NCBI GenBank assembly: GCA_964016885.1
Contig: OZ024741.1
Span: forward strand, 47,616,001-47,680,000
Direction: 5' to 3'
DNA length: 64,000 nucleotides
Source: Eledone cirrhosa
Taxonomy: Eukaryota
The notes below the pieces were generated by a model. The model was not told the origin of the DNA, ran no database searches, and saw nothing but the letters and a program-made list of their open reading frames with translations. The position numbers and the translations under genes were made by a program. Positions 12,341 to 64,000 of the stretch are shown here, piece by piece (position 1 is the stretch's first letter; each line of letters starts with the position of its first letter).

Positions 12341-13889
12341 TGGTCAAGAGAGGAGGAAAGTAGGATGTATGTGCATGTATTTCGGGTGGGGATTGAAGTG
12401 GTCGGTCTAGGGTGGGATACTTTGTTGGTGAAGGGTTTAGTGTTAAGACATGGAGGGGTGGGAAGAAGTGGTGCACATTAGAGACCACGAGATGTTGTTT
12501 CATCTAGTGCACGTGGGAAGGCAGGTTTTTTGCAATTTAAGATATTTTCCCAAAATTGAACAAAACACAGATGCTTGCTCACTCACTCTTGTTATATACA
12601 AAACTCTCTCTAGTATGTTATATAGAAGATAAGGCATGGTTTGAAATGGTTAATTCCAGATATTTCTCCCAAATTGAACAAAACTCTCTCTCTCTAGTAT
12701 ATTATATACAAATCTCTCTCTCGTATGTTATATACAATAATGTAAGACTTGGTTTTAGATTGTTTTTCATGAGATTAACGTGTAGTTTCCAGTTGTCATA
12801 TTTAATCTGGTTTTATCATGCAAAGTGATTGCATCTTCAATCTTTTGCTTAAGATTGAACAAACTGTTCCATCAGTTACCAGTTCAGTTATAATGTTTTT
12901 CTAATCTTAAAATGGCTGGTGCCATGATGATATATGGTTGGCATTTGGAAGAGTATCCAGCTGTAAAAACCATGAACATATCAGCAAAACTTGCTCATCT
13001 AACCTGTCTAGTCACTGGACAGGACACAGTCTACAGACACTTTCCAAGAGGCCCTATCAAATGCAGCCATCTCCAAATGGTCTTACTGGATCTCCAAGTG
13101 AGACCAACTGAGCTTACAGATGTTATCTAACCATTTTACTCATGATTTACTTCTGGGTCTCCTGCCAGTTGATCCTTAGACATTCTAACCACATGTCCAT
13201 AGCTGTGATCTTTTAATGCAAAGAAGTGGTAGCTCTACCTCGAGTGACTCCCTGATCTCCAAGCTACTCACTCTATTAAGTATCATTAGTCCAAAGACCC
13301 AAGCCATTTCACTTACTGAAATCGTTTCATTTGTCAGCAGGCAAATGTTACTTTCTGGCCATAAGGTTTCATTTGTGGATTAATATTTGCACCTTATTTA
13401 CACTACTATATCAATCTGGATATGTGAGAATCTCAAACATTAAGTAAGTATAGATATCAGATTGTAACAGGATAAAGATAACAAAAATATCTTTGTTACC
13501 TAAATAGTAGTAGCAACAGCTGCTGCTGCAGTATTTAGGTTTTTTCATTTTTAACTCATTTGTCTAACTTTGATCATTCAATGAAATAACATTTGATCAA
13601 TGTCACTGTAGTAGTGATATAGTTTTCTAAATATAGTATCATCATTTTCAATTAATTTTTTATTTACTGTCATTAAACCATTTAATGAACCAGCAAAATT
13701 ATAAGTAAAAAAGCTATTTTTTATGGCACAAATACGTATGAGTTTATATATTGTTGTGATCCATCATTTTCATTAGATATCATGCACTATCACACTTAAG
13801 AATTAGTAATATTTTACTATTAAATTCAAAGTGAAAACATTTTGGTAAGAAATTTATCAATGGCTTCACCTCTTGTTTTCAGCAGATAT

Positions 13890-14505
13890 GGGATAGCCTG
13901 TGCATCGTCATTTCCTTGAGGCTTGGACTCCGGATCTGCAAACCACATAAATGTCGCTGTGGATCCACCATGGACTCTTTCGGACTCCACCCGCTTTCCT
14001 GTCGCCACAGTGCCGGCTGCCTTCAACGAGAGGTCATTAAACATGGCTTAGACGCTGCAGGCTTCCCCTCCCAGCTCGAGCCGGTGGAGCTGGACTGAGG
14101 GGATGGCAAAAGGCCAGACGGTATGACCATCTTCCTGTTCCGTGGTGGCAAACCCCTCATCTGGGATGCCACTTACAGCGACACTTTCTCCAGCCACAAC
14201 CTGGTGCAGTCTGCGACTAACCGAGGTACTGCTGCACGTCTGGCTGAGGAGGCCAAACTCTCCAAGTACCGGTCGCTCTCCGACAGGTTCGCGGTGGTGC
14301 CATTGGCAGTGGAGACTTCTGGTGTCCTTGGCCCTAGGGCTACCTCCTATTCACCACCATAGGCGCTGAGCTGGCCAGCCACAGGTGTGAGCCTCGCGAG
14401 TTGGAATGGCTCTTCCAGCGCATCTCCCGAGCCGTTCTCCAGGGAAACACCTTCTCCATCCTGTCTGCCGGGGCTGTGGGGAGGCCAGCACATGGGACTC
14501 CATTT
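13890..14505 (+). mobile_element. 3' fragment of an R2/CRE-like non-LTR retrotransposon (zinc knuckle + restriction-like endonuclease); related remnants at ~45720-45870(-), ~49940-50240(-), ~62915-63105(-)
   Basis: RLGL..CRCG..H.LSC, then KRPDG..LIWDAT..AEEAKLSKY..PLAVETSGVLG; GC-rich. Confidence 0.75.
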
Positions 14506-14914
14506 GCTCACCATAAGAATTAATAGGCAAAGTTATAAACTATTGTTTCTACCGGTTGGAAGTTGGTGTTACAGTTCTGTAGTTTTCAGTTTTCACGGGA
14601 TGTATTAGTGATGTGATAGAGAGAAGGTAATTCTGGTTTGAAAAACGTTTCTCTTGGAATTCTCTATATAGCTATATAATACTAAAAGTCTGTGATTGCT
14701 TGCTTGCTTGTCTGTGATATAATACAACCAAAAGGGTGCATAATGGGAACATACTTTGAAAGGAAGTTGACTCTGAAATGGGAATACAAATGGAATAAAA
14801 CAAGTTTTGTGTACATTAGACCACGGGTTCCCGAGATATGGGGATTTTCTGGGTACCTTCATAAACAAAGAGAGAGAAATATAGAGACAGAGAGGGGGAG
14901 AGAGCTGGTCGTGT

Positions 14915-14925
14915 TGTGTATGTAT

Positions 14926-14964
<39 letters not shown>

Positions 14965-15005
14965 GTGTGTGTGTGCGTGTGTCTGACTAGTGTATATAGA
15001 TCCCA

Positions 15006-15050
<45 letters not shown>
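14915..15050. repeat. Compound microsatellite (TA)n/(TG)n/(CA)n
   Basis: Direct reading. Confidence 0.95.
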
Positions 15051-15054
<4 letters not shown>

Positions 15055-15202
15055 TCCAGGTTCATTTCACATTATATACATATCTGTATATTTTAACTAT
15101 TTTGAAGTGAACGTGACCCAACAGGTCACGGGTGGTCTAGTAATTAATAAAACTATTGTCATTTTTTATCGTAGGATGCACTAGTTATATATATATACAT
15201 AA

Positions 15203-15766
15203 AAAAGTGCAGGGCGATCAAAATTGATGGTAGTTACGGAGTAGGTAGACCCAGAAAAACCTGGGACGATCTGATAAATTCCGACCTTACACCTCTCTAA
15301 GACAATGTCACTGGACCGAGATCTTTGGCGCTACGCAATAATACAGAAGATCCGCCTTGCCTATGTACAAAGCGAAACCTACAGTCAGTAGGCACCTCTT
15401 AACCAAATATACACCCCAATCCACTACCCCTACCCTATCCTCCCACCAACACCACCCTCTCTCTGTAAAGTTGGTACCACAACATCCAGTCCAAATAAAT
15501 GAGATAATGAGATCGAGGTGACACGAGAAAAAAAACACACAGTCCACGCTGTAATGTGGTCGTGTAGGTAACACGGTTAAAAGTTCCCAGTTCCACACTG
15601 TAAATGTGGTTGGTGTTAGGAAGGGCATCCAGCCGTAGGAAACCTGCCAGATAGTCCTATATGAGCAAGAGATGGTCACCCAATCAATCTTGCCTCAAGT
15701 GGGACAACTCCCGACTAACCCATGCTAGCGTGGAAAATGGACGTTAAAGGAAGATGATGATGATGA
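15203..15766 (+). mobile_element. RTE 3' fragment related to subfamily A
   Basis: Similar to 11180-11746 (KCRAIKIDGS..GRPRKTW, 3' UTR, GAT tail). Confidence 0.85.
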
Positions 15767-15914
15767 ATATATATATATAAGCAAAGGGATATTTAATTTG
15801 TTGGTAATTCAACAAATATATATATTTACAACTGATTCGAAGCACTCGACAGGTTTTCTGGAGTATAATATCAATGATATTAATAAATGGAAACTATATT
15901 AATAAAACCATATT

Positions 15915-15975
15915 TATTCTATTATATATATTTCAAGGGTACCAAAACTTTGGTACGCTCTCATCAGATAAAATA
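15915..15975 (-). ncRNA. Type I minimal hammerhead ribozyme (mirror copy on the minus strand)
   Basis: Exact reverse complement of 16117-16177. Confidence 0.72.
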
Positions 15976-16116
15976 CAAAGTTTGTTTTATAAATATTGAC
16001 ATATCCAGGAACGAGACCTTAACGGTTCAAGTTTTACCTGGATAGTCTATCCAGGTAAAACTTGAATTGTTAAGGTCTCGTTCCTGGATATGTCAATATT
16101 TATAAAACAAACTTTG

Positions 16117-16177
16117 TATTTTATCTGATGAGAGCGTACCAAAGTTTTGGTACCCTTGAAATATATATAATAGAATA
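16117..16177 (+). ncRNA. Type I minimal hammerhead ribozyme
   Basis: Stem I TATTTTAT/ATAGAATA; core CTGATGA (16125-16131); stem II GAGCGTACCAAA..TTTGGTACCCTT; GAAA (16158-16161); palindromic stem III TATATA; AUA cleavage triplet, cut after 16169. Confidence 0.75.
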
Positions 16178-16958
16178 AATATGGTTTTATTAATATAGTT
16201 TCCATATATATGAGAGAGAGAGAGAGAGAGAGCTATGTGGTTTTGGCTTTATTGTCACTGTGTGGCACTTTCAGCAAGTGTCTTCCACTATAACCACTGG
16301 CTGGTCAATGCCTTGAGTAAATTTGGTTGGCTGAAATTGAAATGACATCTATCATCCATCTGTCTCTCTATTTGTCTGTTTTTATCTGCTAGTCTTTGTA
16401 TATATCTGTTTTTCTCTTTCTCTCCATCTACTTAACAATGTATATTTAACAATGTATCTATCTTCAGACAAGAACAAAAATAATAAAACAAATCCCAATG
16501 GCAATCTGAAGATAGATAGATACATAGATAAAACAGTCATAATTTATTAGATGTTTGATAATCATTAATGAAAATATGGAAGAAAATAAGTGTGAGCATG
16601 TGACTGACTAGTTAATTATTCATAAATTTGAGTTGTGAGCATGTTTCATATTAATTAATAGTTACTATAAATACAAAGTCACTCTTGTAATTTGTCCTTG
16701 ACGTGTAATGGACATTTCATGTTTCAAAGCATTCTTTCTTGTCTGCTATATAATCACTTTACATGGATTTGATTTTATATTTTCTTAATTAAAACAAAAC
16801 AATAGGAAACCAAAACTTTGACATTATCCTCATCAATAAAATGTAGTTGATTAGTAAACTAGATCATTAATTACTTTAGATTTTTAAATATTAGTGAACA
16901 CATATTGTAGAGAGCAATAAAACTAATTGCAGAAGAAATGAAGAATGAATTTACAAAA

Positions 16959-17410
16959 CCCCAGCACCCAGTCTACTATGTAACGTGGTCCTTTTGGTGC
17001 CCAGTCCACACTGTAAAGTGGTTGTGTTGGTATCACGACAATAAAGAACCCAGTCCACTCTGTAAAGCGGTCGTGTTGGCATCACAACAATAAAGCGGCC
17101 AGTCCACTCTGTAAAGTGGTCGTTTTGGTGTCACAACAATAAAGTGCCCAGTCCACACTGTAACGTGGTCGTGTTGGTATGAAACACCCAGTCCATACTG
17201 TAAAGTGGTCCTTTTGGTGCCACAATAAAAAGCACGTAGTTCACAATGTCAATATGGTTGGTGCCAGGAAGAGCATCCAGCTGTAGAAACCAAGCCCAAA
17301 ACAATTTTGTATGAGGAAGACATGGTCATTTGATCTGACTTCTCACAAAAGGACAACTCAGCTAAACCATGCTAGAGTGGAAAAATGGACATTAAAAGGT
17401 GATGATGATG
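16959..17410 (+). repeat. RTE-derived 3' tail with ~6-7 tandem ~48-nt units
   Basis: Repeated CCCAGTCCACACTGTAAAGTGGTCGTGTTGGTRTCACRACAATAAAG, then the GGAAG.GCATCCAGCTGTAGAAA tail and (GAT)n. Confidence 0.85.
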
Positions 17411-20400
17411 TGATGCTTAAATACCATAAGGATCATGATTAGTGCAAATAATTATGAGACCATTAATTAAATTTTGTTTGAATAAATTTTCAATATCAAG
17501 ATTTTGGAGATATTTAGTAAAATATCTAACTTTAAAAAACAAAATTTGTTTTTGCTCTTAACTTGGTGGATATCTAAATGTATTCGTTCGTAAGTGAAAC
17601 AATTGTCAATTGTTTTCTTTCAGCTATCACTGGAATAAAAGGATGTCATCTACCACATGGTGTTTTTTGAGGCTGTTTACTTGTAAATAAACTAAATATT
17701 GTTTCTACTTTTGGTACAAGGCCAGCAATTGCCCAGTGCATTACTGGTACTTTATTTTATCAACCCCCGTAAGGATTTGAACTCAGAACGTAAAGGTGTC
17801 ATAACTCTATGCTGCAAAGCATGGTGTCTAACGCTCTACCGATACTGCCAATCCACCGCTCTTCACCAAATATTAATAATAATATGATATAATATTATTA
17901 TTATTCACTCAGGAGTACATCTGTAACTTTATATGTTTATATAGTATGCTGCTGTTGACAAACTGAAATCTTATGTTATCATTCATATTATAATCAGATT
18001 TTAATCAAGGTTTTTATCTAAATATGAGTGCTTTAGTATGGGTGATCTCAGCTGGCTAAGTTATTGAAATAGTGAAAATGTTTTGAATATTTTAATATTT
18101 GTACACCATAAGGTGCCATGTATATCTGTTCTCATGCTAGGATTAGACTTGTGAACTTTTCTTATATAAAACTGGCTATACAATGAGCCAAGTTGAGTGC
18201 CTCTATGTGGTTATATAGCTTCCAAGAAATAGCAGCTAAATATCCCACAGACCACACCTTAGGGTTTAAAAAAAAAAGGAAAAGACTATGTTGGACAATG
18301 TAATTTTATATACATACAAAAAGATGGGATAGTCATGGCTGTTTAACAATTTAGGGCTGTTTAACGGTTTAGAAATGTTGTTGATACAAAGAATAACACC
18401 AAAAAAAAAAAAAAAAAAAAGCTCTATTTAGGGCTCTATTTCCAGTTGTTTATTTTCTATCTCCTCTCATATAAAAATATATATGCTTCATTAATTACCC
18501 CCCCCCCCCTCCCAAAAAAACACCAACAAAAAAACTAGATGTCTTTTTCTTTTTGCCAGGTTGATATGGACACCATATAGTGGTGGTGAGTTCTTAGGCA
18601 AATAAGCTTGTGACTCTCATTTCCTTGTACCACTTGTTTCACCTCATGTCAATGATGAAGGCATGTGTAGCTTTACTCATAAAATATGTTTCTTTGAGAC
18701 TTAAAGAATGTGCTTCAATAAGAAACCAAACTAATAATTTATTTTATATCAAATTATTGATTTGGCAAAGCTCTCTCAGTTTTGTATTAGTTTATCCTAA
18801 CTGATGCCTGGTCATCTTCTGTCTGCTTTCCAGATTGTCATAGTCTCAGACCAGATAGATTGGAACAATCCATCTTGCTCATTACATTTGATATTTGGCA
18901 TGGATTTTATTGCTGGATGGTCTTCCTAACACCATCTTACAAGGGTGTACTAGGTGGGGTTTTTGTGACACTACCACTTTACTGACTGGAGTGGGTGTGT
19001 TTTATTGTGGCACTGACACTAGTACTTCACCCAGTGAACTTGGTGCATAATTAGAAGAAATATGCCAGGTCTCCTTCATAATGGGACCACCCAGCTCCCA
19101 AAATATGGTTCCCCCTGTGAGTAGGGTATGGTGCAGCTAACTGGCCAGACCCTCCCTATGATGGGGCCACCCAGTTCCACATTGTAAATGTGGTTAGTGT
19201 TAGGAAGGGCATCCAGCAGCTGTAAAAACCTAGCCAACACAGTCCTGATATGTGCAAGGTACAGCATGACTGTCTGGCCAGACTAGTCTCATAATTGGAC
19301 CACCCTGTTACACACTGTAAACGTGATTGGTGTTAGAAAGGACATCCAGCTATAAAAAATCCCAGCTAAAATACAGTTCCATTTGAGCAAGGAACGGCAC
19401 GACTAACTGACCTGACTTGTCTCATAATGTGGAAGACCCGTCTAACCCATGCAAGCATGGAAAGTAGACGTTAAACTGCGATGATGTATTAACAAAAATG
19501 TTAAAGGAAAAACAGTTTCTCTCCATAGATGAAATATTTATTATGGCACCATCTTTCGAGAGGTCAGATGCTAGGCTAAACTGAAAAGTTTTCTCAAACC
19601 TCACAATGTCTCTGTTTAATTGCCAAACACTATAGACTCTGCTCTCTGTTTACTTTTACTGTTGCATTGCTTATTCTGTCAGATGGGTCTTTTGTATTAT
19701 GGCATATTGCCAGTCAGCTTGGTCCTGTGTTCTCATTAATTGTTACTTGCTGGCTGACGACTGTGTAATCAGTAATCCTTTTTCTGAGAAATGTAAAAAT
19801 ACATGGACATTACATCAATGCCATAATTTGGTATTTTTAGGGCTCTATTTCCAATTGTTTATTTTCTATCTCCTCTCATCTTCACATATTATCAGTGTCC
19901 TTATTCTATAGCTTTGTTTGCTGTTGCAATAGCATTTTGTTTTCTCCAACTCTTAATCTTTTCTTTTCTTTTTACATCCTGTTTGGTTATTGACATAACT
20001 ATAGTTAGAGGATCTGTTCTCTCTCCACTTGTGGCATTTGTATTATCTTCATTGAAAATCTCTTGTCTTGTTAGCATAATGCAAGCATGGAAAAATGGAC
20101 GTAAAAATGATGGAGCTAACTAGAAGCTAAATGTATTTCAATATATTATAAATACAACCCTTCAACACATTTCTTTCTTTTTCAGTTTTTTTAGTCTGCT
20201 TCTTCTTTCTATTATTTACAGCAACTTCTTATTCCTTCAACTATCTTTTTTTCTTCTCTCTCTTTTCTTTTGTTCCTTGAGCAGAAATACTTGCTTGATG
20301 GGGAGGGGAGGTCTGAAAACCTTTTGCTGTCCAGCTCTCCTGAGAATTTCTTACCACTATGTACACATACAATATTGCCTCTACCATATAATCCATAAAT

Positions 20401-21100
20401 ATACAAATATTAACATACTGTTATCTATATGAACTTAAGGGTCAAAACATGCTTCGATTTGTAATGCAATGCAGTCGCCGTGTTGTTTTATACTTTCCAA
20501 GAATGTCTTGCTAATATGGTTTCATGAGGTACAGGATGCACATAGCATTTATTTTAGGAAATCACACCCAAGTTTATCTGATTATATTTAACATGCTCTA
20601 GTTCTGAAGCTATAGTACACCACTGTTTCCCCACATCAAGATCCAACATGGGGTTGCTCTACACCCTACTTAATGCTTTTGTAAAAATGTAGATTCTGCA
20701 TTTCTTATTCATAAATCTATTTGTGTGCTTGCACAGTCATTTTCACACACACACGCACGTGTGTAGGAACAAAAACAAACAAACACATTTTTACATACAT
20801 TGACATTTAGGGAGGTTACACAGATTTCATTTCACTTAATTATAACAACATACACAGTCAACATTTTTGTATCCATTCATGAGAATGGGTAATTCTAAAT
20901 AATGTATACATACACAATCATGTGTAGATGTATATACACATGAAAGCAGCATATACTGAAACACACTTTCAGTAATCCATCCTTCCATATGTCTTTCCAC
21001 ATGTTAATCCATTCCTTTATTTACATTCACTCTCATCTGTCCTTCTCTATGTATATTCAGGAATGCTTCTAAATGTATAATTTCTCAATTTGTGCACACA

Positions 21101-21474
21101 TACTCTTGGGTCTTAAATAATTGCCTCACTCCATTAATTTTTCAGATTTTCACACCCTTGTTACCCCAACACTTATCCCCTCTCCTTGCTTATTAAATTT
21201 TGCTAATCTATCTCCGAAATTTTATTTTAAGTGGTAGCATTCCTTGCAACAATCAATTTTCTTTAGACATTAAAAAACATTATACATGACAAAAAAAGGA
21301 CATAACTAGAAATCCCATATGTTATAAAATAAATAGTATGGGTTGGGGTCTCAATATGTAAACTAAACGATTAATTTTATTTTTGTTTTTTTAATTAATG
21401 GAGACAACCTAGAAAAATTACCGATCCTCACTTGATTATTCCACCCACCCTCCATTATTTGGGACCCAAGAATA
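21101..21474. mobile_element. TA-flanked MITE (~370 bp); copies at 31737-32083, 32317-32575 (partial) and 38045-39410 (minus, split by an RTE)
   Basis: TIRs TACTCTTGGGTCTTAAATAAT / ATTATTTGGGACCCAAGAATA; shared core TTGCTAATCTATCTC..CTAGAAATCC. Confidence 0.72.
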
Positions 21475-21536
21475 CATTGAATTTTATATTGTTTTTCTAC
21501 TTCTTTATTTTTCTCTTTGTTTTATTAATCTCTCAG

Positions 21537-63464
<41,928 letters not shown>

Positions 63465-63702
63465 GTTAAAATCACATTCATTTGTTAAACTTTAGTTCCT
63501 TGTTCTTTGCAATGGTTAACCTTTTCATTACCATATTTCCTATGAAAAACACTGTCCATGCTTTTGAATTCCTTTTGAAAATAGAGATTTGGTAAGATTT
63601 AGTAATATAACTAACTTCCTCATTATTAAACTGTTGTTTGGAACATAACGTAACAAAGGTTCTTACATGAAATTATGATGGGAGGTTTTCTGACAAATGG
63701 GT

Positions 63703-64000
63703 ATCATCATCATCATCATCATCATCATCAACGTTTAACGTCCGTGTTCCACGCTTGCATGGGTTTGGACGGGGGTAGTCCCACTTGAGGCAAGAGTGAT
63801 TGTCTTGCTCGCATAGGACTGTCTGGCAGGTTTTCTACAGTTGGATGCCCTTCCTAACACCAACCACATTTACAGTGTGGGTCTGGGAGGTTTTTACCGT
63901 GTTGCCTACACGGCCACATTACAGCGTGGACTGTGTGTTTTTTTGTCGTGACACCTACACGATCTCATTTGTTTCGGCCTCGATGGCGCGGCACCAACAT
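63703..64000 (-). mobile_element. 3' end of a second subfamily-A RTE copy (continues beyond the window)
   Basis: Reverse complement of 11456-11746; by eye it differs only in the length of one A run and of the GAT tail. Confidence 0.93.

Larger units (their letters stand above)
15887..16205. repeat. Long inverted repeat (159-bp arms, 1-nt spacer at 16046, 2 mismatches), probably an inverted pLTR of a Penelope-like element
   Basis: Arms checked by eye: atggaaactatatt...ctggatag-T-ctatccag...aatatagtttccat; only GG vs AA differs. Confidence 0.9.

Noticed and set aside
16959-17250. CRISPR-like array (also 47996-48202 and 60505-60722)
   Set aside because: Whole units are homologous with no unique spacers, there are no cas genes, the context is a eukaryotic intron, and the units derive from RTE 3' UTRs
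1-21536. First coding exons of ACLY (MSAKAI.., VKPDQLIKRRGK)
   Set aside because: No matching sequence found by eye; they probably lie upstream of the window, though a diverged exon could have been missed

Overview
Eukaryotic (animal) genomic DNA, AT-rich and dominated by introns and repeats. The repeat families suggest a mollusc, most likely an octopod cephalopod (inference, no database search possible). The host gene is ATP-citrate lyase (ACLY) on the + strand: 13 GT-AG exons (21537-63464, 1458 nt, 486 codons) splice in frame and cover roughly human residues 95-590. The first coding exons and the 3' half lie outside the window. The introns hold an apparently intact RTE-clade LINE (APE-RT-PHD ORF, about 1060-1080 aa), several truncated or rearranged RTE, CR1 and CRE-like LINE fragments, two tRNA-derived SINE families, mariner-, piggyBac- and hAT-type MITEs, and microsatellites. 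The most notable observations are: (1) a 319-bp near-perfect palindrome carrying a type I minimal hammerhead ribozyme on each strand; (2) frame-preserving 9-nt and 27-nt microexon candidates plus an AG|GTAAGT site in the 21-kb intron that falls in the ACLY interdomain linker; (3) a ~48-nt double-hairpin unit in RTE 3' UTRs that expands into arrays and is borrowed by a SINE. All sequence comparisons were made by eye.
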